From Spirochaetaceae bacterium (lineage in GTDB: Bacteria > Spirochaetota > Spirochaetia > Treponematales > Breznakiellaceae), in assembly GCA_031265635.1 (NCBI GenBank), contig JAISCK010000033.1:1-41096 (forward strand): a stretch of 41,096 nt of DNA. The letters run 5' to 3'. Position 1 is the stretch's first letter. Each line of letters opens with the position of its first letter. Position numbers and translations under genes: made by a program. This document shows positions 24,739-34,454 of this stretch, piece by piece. Below the pieces are notes generated by a model that saw nothing but the letters and a program-made list of their open reading frames with translations, was not told the DNA's origin and did not search any database.

Positions 24739-26661
24739 ATGACGAAGAAAATTGTAGGAGGCGGATTGGCTCTTTTTCTGCTGGCCGCTGTGTTTGGGTG
24801 CAATAGTTCAGCCAGGACGAAAACGCCGATGCGGGCCGGGACCTATACGGCCACGGAAACCGGTATGCATGGTACCCTCACAGTAGAGGTGAGTGTGAGC
24901 GCCAGTGAAATAACCGGGGTAAGGGTTACAGATAATGTAGAAACTCCCGGAGTAGGCGCATGGGCCATAGAGTTTATCCCTCAGCGTATCATTGCTCAAC
25001 AGTCGGTGAATGTAGATGTGGTAACAGGTGTTTCTCTTACCAGTAAAGCCATTATGCGGGGAGTGGAGCATTGTCTTTCCCAAGCTGGAGCCAATATCGA
25101 AGCTTTTAATAAAGCTTCCCAAAAGACCAGGGTTTCTGATGAAACCCGCTTGGCGGACGTTGTTATTGTAGGTGGCGGCGGCGCTGGACTTGCCGCCGCG
25201 GTTTCTGCCGTAAATGCAGGAGTCTCTGTAATTCTTATTGAAAAAACAGGCTTTTTGGGAGGTAACTCAATAGTTTCAGGAGGTATTTACAATGCGGCTA
25301 ATCCTGAGATGCAGGATCACTGGCCTGCTCTGCCCGGCTATGAAAAACTTGTAACTGATGCTCTGGCAGAAAGACCTGTAAGCGAAGAGCATCGGGTCTT
25401 GATCGAAAGAGTGCGTTCCGAATTTGACGCTTTTAAACGAACTGATAAGACTCTGTTCGATAGTCCCAGTTGGCATGCCCTACAGACATGGAATGGCGGT
25501 GACAAGATCGCTGAGCTAAAGATAGTTCAGACCTTGACTGGTAATGCCCTCTCTGGTTACCAGTGGTACAAAAGTATGGGAACTGAGTGGAAAAATTTGC
25601 TCATTCAGGGGACCGGGGCCATGTATCAGCGAACCTATTGGGCAGCGTTGCCTAACGGTACAGGGTTTATTAAGGCCTTCCGGGATACTCTGACAGGAAA
25701 GGGTAACTATACTCAGCTGATGGAGACATCAGGAAAGAGCCTCATTGTTGAAGGCGGTAGGGTAGTAGGGGTGAATGCTGAGGCTAAGGATGGCCACAAG
25801 ATCACTATCAGGGCAAACAAGGGGGTCATCCTTGCTACTGGTGGTTTTGCCGGCAATATAGATCTCAGACAGCAATATTGTGAAGGTGAAAAATGGCCTG
25901 ATCTTGGCCCAACGCTAAAGACCACCAATATGCCAGGGGTTACCGGTGACGGTATATTTATGGCACAGACTATAGGCGCCCAATTGGTGAATATGCAACA
26001 TATTCAACTCCTCCAGGTCTGTAATCCTCAAAATGGTACGGTAGGGGGTAACAGTTATCCCAATGATGTTGCGGGTTATACTTTTATTAATAAAAATGGA
26101 CAGCGTTTTGTCCGGGAAGATGGTCGGCGGGATGAAATCTCAACAGCCATTATCTCTCAGCCTGACGGGATGACCTGGCTTGTGCAAAGTGCCGATACAA
26201 TTACCGATCCTGATACAAATACCACCCTTGACGGTAGATCAATTACCTATATGTTAGATAACAAACTCCATGGCTGGGTAAAAGGTGATACCCTTGAAGA
26301 ATTTGCCCGGATGATAGGTGTTCCGGCTGATAATCTAAAAAGGTCTATTGATGCCTTTAATATCCATGTGGATTCTCAGTCTCCCGATGAATTTGGCCGG
26401 GTATTGTTCTCTTATAAGCATACCAGAGGACCCTGGTACGCCTTCCCCTGTAAGCCCGCGGCTCACCATACTATGGGAGGTGTTCGTATTGACGAAAACA
26501 CTCATGCCCTCAGGACCGATGGCTCAGTCATTCCCGGGCTTTATTGTGCTGGGGAAATCACCGGAGTCGTTCACGGCGCTAACCGTCTGGGTGGTAACGC
26601 CATTGTTGATTTTACGGTTTTTGGCCGCATCGCCGGAACCAACGCCGCGGCCGGCAAGTAA
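24739..26661 (+). CDS. Periplasmic lipoprotein flavin reductase, paralog 2 (FMN_bind plus FAD domain)
   Basis: Lipobox AVFGC. Variant motif DVVTGVS (Thr codon 25024-25026). VVIVGGGGAGLAAA, HHTMGGVRID, GANRLGGNA. GGAGGAAGG RBS. Confidence 0.85.
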   Translation: MTKKIVGGGLALFLLAAVFGCNSSARTKTPMRAGTYTATETGMHGTLTVEVSVSASEITGVRVTDNVETPGVGAWAIEFIPQRIIAQQSVNVDVVTGVSLTSKAIMRGVEHCLSQAGANIEAFNKASQKTRVSDETRLADVVIVGGGGAGLAAAVSAVNAGVSVILIEKTGFLGGNSIVSGGIYNAANPEMQDHWPALPGYEKLVTDALAERPVSEEHRVLIERVRSEFDAFKRTDKTLFDSPSWHALQTWNGGDKIAELKIVQTLTGNALSGYQWYKSMGTEWKNLLIQGTGAMYQRTYWAALPNGTGFIKAFRDTLTGKGNYTQLMETSGKSLIVEGGRVVGVNAEAKDGHKITIRANKGVILATGGFAGNIDLRQQYCEGEKWPDLGPTLKTTNMPGVTGDGIFMAQTIGAQLVNMQHIQLLQVCNPQNGTVGGNSYPNDVAGYTFINKNGQRFVREDGRRDEISTAIISQPDGMTWLVQSADTITDPDTNTTLDGRSITYMLDNKLHGWVKGDTLEEFARMIGVPADNLKRSIDAFNIHVDSQSPDEFGRVLFSYKHTRGPWYAFPCKPAAHHTMGGVRIDENTHALRTDGSVIPGLYCAGEITGVVHGANRLGGNAIVDFTVFGRIAGTNAAAGK

Positions 26662-26691
26662 AACCGTTTCAGGCTACGGTTGATATGTTTG

Positions 26692-26718
26692 GGCCCCGTC
26701 ATCAGGCGGGGCCTTTTT
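26692..26718 (+). terminator. Rho-independent terminator after reductase paralog 2
   Basis: ggccccg / cggggcc stem, 8 nt loop, then TTTTT. Confidence 0.7.
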
Positions 26719-26769
26719 GATGGGATCATTACAAACAGCCTCTTTTTTCAAAATTTTTTATATTACCGC

Positions 26770-26798
26770 TTGACAAAAATGTCAAAAAGCGCTATTGT
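26770..26798 (+). promoter_or_regulatory. Orphan sigma70-like promoter
   Basis: TTGACA (26770-26775), 17 nt spacer, TATTGT (26793-26798). A TATAAT also lies at 26800-26805. Confidence 0.45.
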
Positions 26799-26849
26799 AT
26801 ATAATATATCTATTCTCTCGCAGGATAGGGTCTTAAAAACCAAAGTTTT

Positions 26850-26917
26850 ATGGCGGCGGGGGGATTTCGCGTTTTTCGCATCCAGCCTGACAACATCATC
26901 CCTACCGCCATTTTTTT
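26850..26917 (+). terminator. Intrinsic-terminator-like structure about 45-110 nt downstream of the orphan promoter
   Basis: atggcgg (26850-56) pairs with ccgccat (26905-11). An inner helix gggat/atccc and a small gcg-ttttt-cgc hairpin lie inside. A run of seven T follows. Confidence 0.4.
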
Positions 26918-27034
26918 CTTTTCCTGCCGTTTTTCAACAGGCAAAAACCAGCCCCCGCCGCGCGGTTTCCGGGGTCACGCATAGCGGGCGGATACTTGTT
27001 CCTCCCCCTTTCCCCGGGTTATGCTTGGCCTGTT

Positions 27035-29869
27035 ATGGATAAACTCATCATAAAGGGAGCCAGGGAGCATAATTTAAAGAATATTGACCTTGAGCTTCCC
27101 AGGGATAAACTTATTGTTATTTCCGGCCTTTCGGGGTCAGGGAAAAGTTCTCTTGCCTTTGACACCATCTTTGCCGAGGGGCAGCGCCGTTATGTGGAAA
27201 GCCTTTCGGCCTATGCCAGGCAGTTTCTGGGCCGCATGGACAAGCCCGATCTGGACTATATTGAAGGGCTTTCCCCGGCTATTTCAATAGAACAAAAAAC
27301 CACCCACCGTAATCCGCGTTCCACCGTGGGGACGGTAACGGAAATTTACGACTATTACCGCCTGCTCTTTGCCCGCATAGGGATTCCCCATTGTCCCCGC
27401 TGCGGCAGGGAAATACAGGAACAGTCGGTGGATTCAATCATCGAGACCATTATGGCCCTGGGGCAGGGGGACAAGGTGCAGCTTCTGGCCCCGGTTATCA
27501 GGGGGAAAAAAGGCGAGCATCAGAAGATCATCGAGGACGCCAAAAAGGCCGGGTTTGTCCGGGCTCGTATTGACGGCGTGCCGGTGAATCTGGACGAGAA
27601 GATACGCCTGGACAAGCAGAAAAAACATACCATCGAAATCATCGTTGACCGGCTTGTGGTCGGGCCGGACATACGCACACGCCTTGCCGATTCGGTTGAA
27701 ACCACCCTTCAAATCGCCGACGGGATCATGCTCATCCTGGCCCAGAAACAGGGAGAGTCCAGGGTAAACGAATATTTCATGTCCCAGAAAAACGCCTGTC
27801 CTGACTGCGGCATTTCCATACCCGAACTCCAGCCAAGGCTTTTTTCGTTTAACAATCCTTTCGGCGCCTGTCCTTCCTGTTCGGGCCTGGGGATCAAGAT
27901 GGAGTTTGATCCTGATCTTATCATTCCGGACTGGGATCTTTCGTTTAACGAGCGGGGCATTGCGCCTTACAATCCTGATTCCGCCTGGTACCGCAGCCGT
28001 TTTGAGAGTCTGGCCAAACACTTCAAATTCAAACTGAATACGCCCCTCAAGGAGCTGCCCAAAAAAGTTAAAGACATACTCCTTTACGGCAGCCGGGAGG
28101 ACATAGAGATTCATTACAAGAACAAGGAAGGAACCAACCATTTTGATTACAATACCAAATTCCCCGGCATCCTTGAGGACATGAAACGGCGTTACATGGA
28201 GACCCAGTCTCCGGGCATGAGGGAATGGTTTGAAAGTTTTATGAGCCAGAGGGTCTGCGAGGAATGCGGCGGCAAGAGGCTCAAGAGCGAGGCCCTGGGA
28301 GTTACCGTCGGAGGGCGGAATATCTGGGAGCTTTCCAGTCTCAGCGTTCAGGATTCCCTTACATTTTTTGAGACTCTCAAACTCAAAAAGAGCGACAAAC
28401 AGATAGCCCGGCAGATACTCAAGGAGATTAACGCCAGGCTCGGCTTTATGCAGAATGTGGGCCTTGACTACCTTTCCCTTGAGAGAAAGTCGGCGACACT
28501 CTCGGGCGGCGAAGCCCAGCGCATAAGGCTGGCCACACAGATAGGTTCAAGTCTTGTGGGAGTGCTCTATATTCTTGATGAACCGTCCATAGGTCTCCAT
28601 CAGCGGGATAACCAGCGGCTTATTGACACGCTGCTCTACCTCCGCGATCTGGGGAACACCCTCATCGTGGTTGAGCATGACGAGCAGACCTTGAGAACCG
28701 CCGACCATATTGTCGATCTCGGGCCCGGCGCCGGCGTACACGGCGGCAAGGTGATTGCCCAGGGTTCTCCTTCCGAAGTGATGAAGGTCAGGGAGAGCCT
28801 TACCGGCCGCTATCTTGCCGGGACCCTTACCATGGACATTCCCAAAAAACGGCGCAGGGGCAACGGGAGTGTTCTCAGGCTTAACGGGGTGAGGGAACAC
28901 AACCTTAAAAATATTGATGTTGAAATCCCCCTGGGGATTTTTACCTGCATCACCGGCGTTTCCGGTTCGGGCAAGTCAACCCTCCTTTCCGACGTGCTCT
29001 ATCCCGCCCTTGCCAACACGCTGTACAATTCGGCCCATACCGAGGGCGATTACGACAGCCTTGAGGGAAGCGAATTTATAGACAAGGTAATCAACATAGA
29101 CCAGAGCCCCATAGGCCGCACGCCCCGTTCAAACCCGGCAACCTATGTGGGGATGTTCCAGGGTATACGGGATCTTTTTGCCAGCCTCCCTGACGCCAGG
29201 GCCAGGGGCTACAAGCCGGGCCGGTTTTCGTTTAACGTGCGGGGCGGCAGATGCGAAAACTGCCAGGGGGACGGAACCATCAGGATAGAAATGAATTTTC
29301 TTCCCGATGTGTATATCACCTGCGATGTCTGCCACGGTAAGCGTTTCAACCACGAAACACTGGAGATACGCTATAAGGGCAAGAACATAGCCGAGGTGCT
29401 GGATATGACCATTGAGGAAGCGGCGGAATTCTTTGCCTATATTCCCCATGTGGCAAAGAAACTCGACACCCTCCTTTCGGTGGGGCTCGGCTATGTCAAG
29501 CTCGGCCAGTCCGCGCTGACCCTGTCGGGAGGCGAGGCCCAGCGGGTAAAACTCGCGCTGGAACTTTCCAAACGTTCAACAGGAAAGACCGTATACATTC
29601 TTGACGAGCCTACCACGGGACTTCACTTTGCCGATGTCAAGCAGCTCATGGAAGTTATTCAGCGCCTGGTTGACCAGGGCAATACGGTGATCATGATAGA
29701 ACATAACCTTGACGTGCTGCTCCAGGCTGACCTCCTTATTGACCTCGGCCCCGGGGGAGGGGACAAGGGAGGAAACCTTGTAACTTCAGGAACGCCCGAG
29801 GCCGTGGCAAATCATGCCAAAAGCTATACGGGTTTTTATATAAAGAAGATGCTGGACCGGAGGAAATGA
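27035..29869 (+). CDS. uvrA: Excinuclease ABC subunit A
   Basis: N-terminus [19 protein letters not shown], two ABC modules (GLSGSGKSS and GVSGSGKST), zinc-finger Cys clusters, two LSGGEAQR signatures. I chose ATG 27035 over the track start 26996. Confidence 0.97.
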   Translation: MDKLIIKGAREHNLKNIDLELPRDKLIVISGLSGSGKSSLAFDTIFAEGQRRYVESLSAYARQFLGRMDKPDLDYIEGLSPAISIEQKTTHRNPRSTVGTVTEIYDYYRLLFARIGIPHCPRCGREIQEQSVDSIIETIMALGQGDKVQLLAPVIRGKKGEHQKIIEDAKKAGFVRARIDGVPVNLDEKIRLDKQKKHTIEIIVDRLVVGPDIRTRLADSVETTLQIADGIMLILAQKQGESRVNEYFMSQKNACPDCGISIPELQPRLFSFNNPFGACPSCSGLGIKMEFDPDLIIPDWDLSFNERGIAPYNPDSAWYRSRFESLAKHFKFKLNTPLKELPKKVKDILLYGSREDIEIHYKNKEGTNHFDYNTKFPGILEDMKRRYMETQSPGMREWFESFMSQRVCEECGGKRLKSEALGVTVGGRNIWELSSLSVQDSLTFFETLKLKKSDKQIARQILKEINARLGFMQNVGLDYLSLERKSATLSGGEAQRIRLATQIGSSLVGVLYILDEPSIGLHQRDNQRLIDTLLYLRDLGNTLIVVEHDEQTLRTADHIVDLGPGAGVHGGKVIAQGSPSEVMKVRESLTGRYLAGTLTMDIPKKRRRGNGSVLRLNGVREHNLKNIDVEIPLGIFTCITGVSGSGKSTLLSDVLYPALANTLYNSAHTEGDYDSLEGSEFIDKVINIDQSPIGRTPRSNPATYVGMFQGIRDLFASLPDARARGYKPGRFSFNVRGGRCENCQGDGTIRIEMNFLPDVYITCDVCHGKRFNHETLEIRYKGKNIAEVLDMTIEEAAEFFAYIPHVAKKLDTLLSVGLGYVKLGQSALTLSGGEAQRVKLALELSKRSTGKTVYILDEPTTGLHFADVKQLMEVIQRLVDQGNTVIMIEHNLDVLLQADLLIDLGPGGGDKGGNLVTSGTPEAVANHAKSYTGFYIKKMLDRRK

Positions 29870-32800
29870 AAAAACTATCTGCCGGGTTCCTGCTTTGTGT
29901 TATGCTTGCCTTTCTGTATGTTCCCGGAATTGTTCTTTCAGCCCAGGAAGACCCTGCCGGGGAGCCGGCGGATGTTTTGGAAAATGCCGAGCTTGAAGCC
30001 GGGACAGAGGGCGTAGCGGCAGAAGGCATAGCGGTGGATACGGCGGCGAGCGCGGATACGGAAGCCATGACAGGGGACGCGGAGGCGGAAGACGCGGAAG
30101 GCCAGGCCGCCGCGCCTGTCCTGAGCCAGGAACAGCGCCGCATCAAGATGGAAATAGACACCGGCACCCTTACCGAGCTTGCCGGGTGGGCAGGGGAACT
30201 GGGGCTTGGGGAAGGGGGAACCAGGGACGATATTGCCCGGAGGCTGTACACGCATTTCGGCCTTCCCTTTTCGGGAGCCGGGGATTCCGGGGAGAACCAA
30301 AAAGTTATAACCATAGAAGCGGCGCGGAATACCGAATACTTTACCCTGGAAGTGGTGAATGAGGAATACGCCAGGCTTTCGGGAAATGTGCGCATAAGTC
30401 TTAAAGATGGGGAAGCGGTATACGAGATTGAAGCCGGAGAAATACTTTTCAACCGTACCCGCAATCTGCTTTCGGCCTCCGGCGGAGTGTCGTACAGAAA
30501 ACAGGAGGGCGACACCGTTGAGACATTCCGGGGCCAGTCAATAGTCATAGACCTGGACAACTGGGCGGGAACCTTTATGGACGGCATTTCCGAGCGTTCC
30601 CTTACGGGGGATGATCAGGCTTACCGCTTTGAGGGTGAGGTTATTTCCCGTACCGGCGAGGATGTAACCGTACTGCGCAGGGCGAGGATAACCAACGCGA
30701 AGAACAAGGATTCCTACTGGTCCATCAACGCCTCAAAGCTGTGGCTTCTTCCCGGTTCCGATTTTGCCGTCTTTAACGCCGTACTCAAGGTAGGTGAAAT
30801 TCCGCTGTTGTATTTTCCCTTTTTCTTCTATCCCGCCGATAAACTTATCTTTCATCCTGTACTGGGCTACCGTTCACGGGAAGGGAGCTTTCTCCAGACG
30901 ACGACCTATCTTCTCGGCCGTCCGACCGCGACTTCAAGCGAGGAGAATTCCATCACGAAAATCCTCGGCAATAACGACGACATGGAAAGAAAGCGGGAAG
31001 GTTTGTTTTTGCGGAGTACGGGAAAGAAAGTAAGCGACCCCAATGACACCCGCCTTTCCCTGATCTTTGACGCCTATACAAACCTCGGCGTGTATCTGGG
31101 AAGTAATCTTGCCCTGCCGGCAAGGGGCGCTTTCGGCGCCCAGGAACTGTCCTTTGGCCTGGGTCTTACCAGGGACATATACCAGATGAGAGGCGTATAC
31201 ACTCCCTACGATTCCAACGGCACAAGCAACTGGAACCAGGGGAGGTTTTTTTCCGCTACCGTACCCCTGCGTTACCGCTTCATCTACACCGGTTCCGTTT
31301 CCGGGGCGGCGGGCAGTTTCAACTGGTCCCTGCCGTTTTATTCCGACCCTTATGTAAACAGGGACTTCCTTGACCGTTCCGAAGATATGGACCTCTTCAA
31401 TATAATGAAGCAGGGCGTTACCACCGACAGCGACCTTAGCTCAAACCTGCTGGGAAGTTATGAATGGCGGGTAAATTACTCGGTTACGCCCTCGCTGCCC
31501 GCCCTGCGCCCCTATGTGTCGGCCCTTTCCATATCCAGCCTGAGCAGTTTTATTTCGTTTAGAACAAGAACAAGCGGGGGCATGTATAATGCCTATTCGC
31601 CTAATCACAGCTTTTTCTTCCCGGATAAATTTACCCTTTTTTCCCTCAGCGCCTCGGTCTCGGGCCAGCCGGTGAATACCGCCTCAGGAACAGTATCCCC
31701 GGCATCAGCCGGCGTGGAGAGTAACGCCATGACCGAGTGGGGCCTGCCCCGTTCTCCCTGGGACGGAGCGGAAGACCATGCGGAGGCCGCCCCGTCTTCT
31801 TCCACCGCGGCGCCTCCGGGCGCCGGGAGTACCGGCGGCGTTCTGGTTCCTCCCGCCCTTGCCCAGAATTTCAACATCAAGGGCGGCATAGGCGGGCCGC
31901 GCCTTTCCCTTGATTACCGCCTGAGCCCGTCGGCTTCCTCGGAAATGCAGTTCCGTTCATCATCCGCCAACTGGAAAGAAGCGGATGATGTAGGCTGGAC
32001 GGAAATTTCCTCCATACTGACCAGCGCCCGTACATCGGGTTCCCTTACCCTGACCGCGGGCGAGGCGTCGGGCTTCTATACAAACGCCCTCACCTTTTCG
32101 GGAAATACCGCCTGGCAGGGTTACACCTACATGAATGAGGAAGCCGAAGAATACACCTCGTCCGGCGCTCCTGATCCTGTAAAGATAAACGCCGCCAAAC
32201 TCCGCAACTATCAGGCGACGTATTTTACCACTTCGGCTGAACTCTCTTCCACGGTCAGGCCCCTTGTAGGCAGCGATGTATGGAGCGCAAGCAGCCTCAA
32301 CTATTCAATCAGAAACCTTGTGGCAAAATCGGTTTTTGACGGCACGGGCCAGGACCCTTCCTGGCATATAGACTGGGGCAGGTGGAGCAAGGATACCATT
32401 GAAGCCCACCGGCTTAACGCCAATCTTGACGCCAATGTGATGGACTACAGGCAGCATGTCTCGCTCAGCGCCGAACTCCCGCCCAGGGATTCTTCCATGA
32501 CCGGAAACGGGACTTTCAATGTATGGAGATCGACCACAACCGTGTCGGGCAGAGTCGACGATCCCTTTGAGACTTCCCTCTGGCGTCCGGTAACCGTTAC
32601 CGAAACCGTTAGGCTTTCGGATAACAGCAATATGCGCTATTCCATGATATACGAACCTGAGGAGGAAGAAGTAACGAGCCTTACCGCCGGCCTTACCTAC
32701 AAAAACCTTGACGCCTCATTTTCAGCGGCCAAATTTGTTCCCTATATTCTTAATCCAACTAACGGCTGGGAATTGGACCCTTCGGGGGAAGCGGCTCTCC

Positions 32801-33360
32801 ATCCCCGGGATTTCCGGCTCCAGTACCGGCACAATCTCAAAAACGATTCCCTTTTTGAAAGCCGTCTTGGTTATTCCGTAGACGCCGCCACAAACCTTAC
32901 CCTGGATTTGCAGCGCTATACCTATTCGGCCCTGACGTTTTCCCTGAGTACCACCTTGCGGATAAGCGATTTTATGGACGCGACTTTTACCACCAGGGCG
33001 GAGAACAACCAGATAATCAGATACATGCAGGACATTCCCTATTTCAATCTTCCCAGCCTTAACACCAGCGGTTTTGAGAACAATCCCTTCCTCGACCTCC
33101 TTAACTCCTTCCGCTTTGACGATCCTGAACTGAGAAGGAGGTCGGGGTATAAGCTCAAGGATTTTTCCCTGGTATTGACCCATTATCTCGGCGACTGGAA
33201 CGCCAAACTGGGCGTCCGTCTCGCGCCGTATCTGGACCAGACCGTTGTCCCCTTTACCTACAAATTCAATACCGAAATATCCTTCCTCATACAGTGGATA
33301 CCGGTCAGCGAATTCAAAACGGAAGTAAAATACGACAAGAATGTATTTGACCTATTGTAA
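29866..33360 (+). CDS. Large secreted outer-membrane protein, OstA/LptD-like
   Basis: Signal peptide [26 protein letters not shown], an acidic low-complexity linker, an OstA_N-like beta-jellyroll region ([42 protein letters not shown]) and a long beta-rich, aromatic-rich C-terminus. As I recall, it sits directly after uvrA as in T. pallidum (TP0514/TP0515). The ATGA start overlaps the uvrA stop. Confidence 0.6.
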   Translation: MKKLSAGFLLCVMLAFLYVPGIVLSAQEDPAGEPADVLENAELEAGTEGVAAEGIAVDTAASADTEAMTGDAEAEDAEGQAAAPVLSQEQRRIKMEIDTGTLTELAGWAGELGLGEGGTRDDIARRLYTHFGLPFSGAGDSGENQKVITIEAARNTEYFTLEVVNEEYARLSGNVRISLKDGEAVYEIEAGEILFNRTRNLLSASGGVSYRKQEGDTVETFRGQSIVIDLDNWAGTFMDGISERSLTGDDQAYRFEGEVISRTGEDVTVLRRARITNAKNKDSYWSINASKLWLLPGSDFAVFNAVLKVGEIPLLYFPFFFYPADKLIFHPVLGYRSREGSFLQTTTYLLGRPTATSSEENSITKILGNNDDMERKREGLFLRSTGKKVSDPNDTRLSLIFDAYTNLGVYLGSNLALPARGAFGAQELSFGLGLTRDIYQMRGVYTPYDSNGTSNWNQGRFFSATVPLRYRFIYTGSVSGAAGSFNWSLPFYSDPYVNRDFLDRSEDMDLFNIMKQGVTTDSDLSSNLLGSYEWRVNYSVTPSLPALRPYVSALSISSLSSFISFRTRTSGGMYNAYSPNHSFFFPDKFTLFSLSASVSGQPVNTASGTVSPASAGVESNAMTEWGLPRSPWDGAEDHAEAAPSSSTAAPPGAGSTGGVLVPPALAQNFNIKGGIGGPRLSLDYRLSPSASSEMQFRSSSANWKEADDVGWTEISSILTSARTSGSLTLTAGEASGFYTNALTFSGNTAWQGYTYMNEEAEEYTSSGAPDPVKINAAKLRNYQATYFTTSAELSSTVRPLVGSDVWSASSLNYSIRNLVAKSVFDGTGQDPSWHIDWGRWSKDTIEAHRLNANLDANVMDYRQHVSLSAELPPRDSSMTGNGTFNVWRSTTTVSGRVDDPFETSLWRPVTVTETVRLSDNSNMRYSMIYEPEEEEVTSLTAGLTYKNLDASFSAAKFVPYILNPTNGWELDPSGEAALHPRDFRLQYRHNLKNDSLFESRLGYSVDAATNLTLDLQRYTYSALTFSLSTTLRISDFMDATFTTRAENNQIIRYMQDIPYFNLPSLNTSGFENNPFLDLLNSFRFDDPELRRRSGYKLKDFSLVLTHYLGDWNAKLGVRLAPYLDQTVVPFTYKFNTEISFLIQWIPVSEFKTEVKYDKNVFDLL

Positions 33361-33455
33361 AGCATTGAGCCCTATTGACTACCTGATTACAGGGGCTTTA
33401 GACTTTTATAAATCCCGGAGTCCCGGTTTCGGGAATCTACGGGTTTGAGGTTTTT

Positions 33456-34454
33456 TTGGACGAAAGCATAACTATCGTACTGGATGATCAGAAGATACTG
33501 TCCGCCGTCTGCGGGGCAAATGACGGAAATCTCCGGGTTATCGAGCATTCCCTGGGAGGCAGAATCGCCACCAGGGGCAACCAGCTGCGCATGGAAGGCC
33601 TTGACGAGTCAGGTTCCCGGCGTTTCCGGGTTATGATGGAAAGGCTGATTAATTCGGTTGAACAGGGGGAAAGCCCTTCTCCCGATTTTGTTAAGGCCCT
33701 GGCAAAGACAGCCGGAGAGGGCGGGGAAGAAGACCCCCTGCGGGAAGCGATGATATACATTCCCCACGGGTTTGGCAGGGTGTTTCCCCGGAGCCTCAAC
33801 CAGGCCGCGTATATCAGGGGCATGCGGAGCTGTGATATCTGTTTCTGCGTGGGACCCGCCGGAACCGGAAAAACCTATCTTGCCATCGCCGAAGCCCTGC
33901 GCCTCGTGCTTTCCAAAAAGCTCCGCAAGCTGGTGCTTACAAGGCCCGTCGTGGAGGCCGGAGAAAGCCTCGGCTATCTTCCCGGCGACCTCGCGCAAAA
34001 AATAAGCCCCTACCTCAGGCCCCTGTATGACGCCATGGAAGCCCTTGTTCCCTATGAGATAATACACCGCATGGAAGAAACCGGAACCCTGGAAATCGCC
34101 CCCCTGGCCTATATGCGGGGGAGAAGCCTCAACGACTGCGTGGTCATACTGGACGAGGCCCAGAACACCACCAGGGAACAGATGAAGATGTTCCTCACCC
34201 GTATAGGCGAGGGCGCGAGAGCGGTCGTTACCGGAGACGCCACCCAGATAGACCTTCCCCGGCACATTGATTCGGGACTGCTCCACGCGGTCTCCATACT
34301 CAATCCGGTAGAAGGCGTTCACTTTTCCTGCCTTTCAACCGCCGATGTGGTGAGGAACCCGCTGATAAAAAAAATCATCCGGGCCTATGCCGAAGCGGCC
34401 TCTGAATCAATGCCCGCCATGCCCAAAGGGATATATAATGAAGAAAGACCCTGA
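33456..34454 (+). CDS. phoH: PhoH-like ATPase (YbeZ)
   Basis: Walker A GPAGTGKTYLA, Walker B VILDEAQN, and GDATQIDLP. TTG start, so the exact start is uncertain. Confidence 0.9.
   Translation: MDESITIVLDDQKILSAVCGANDGNLRVIEHSLGGRIATRGNQLRMEGLDESGSRRFRVMMERLINSVEQGESPSPDFVKALAKTAGEGGEEDPLREAMIYIPHGFGRVFPRSLNQAAYIRGMRSCDICFCVGPAGTGKTYLAIAEALRLVLSKKLRKLVLTRPVVEAGESLGYLPGDLAQKISPYLRPLYDAMEALVPYEIIHRMEETGTLEIAPLAYMRGRSLNDCVVILDEAQNTTREQMKMFLTRIGEGARAVVTGDATQIDLPRHIDSGLLHAVSILNPVEGVHFSCLSTADVVRNPLIKKIIRAYAEAASESMPAMPKGIYNEERP

Noticed and set aside
26965-26985. tccggggt upstream of uvrA matches 8 nt of the tRNA-Val T-stem, so I considered it as a possible distal att repeat bounding the reductase islet.
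   Set aside because: Only an 8-mer matches, which is easily chance in GC-rich DNA. The 18 nt core cgaatccctgcgcgccca is not present there.
26680-27042. A 120 aa ORF between the reductase genes and uvrA.
   Set aside because: It begins inside the reductase terminator, spans a promoter and a terminator-like hairpin, has no RBS, and has an odd composition. It is more likely a non-coding leader or sRNA region.
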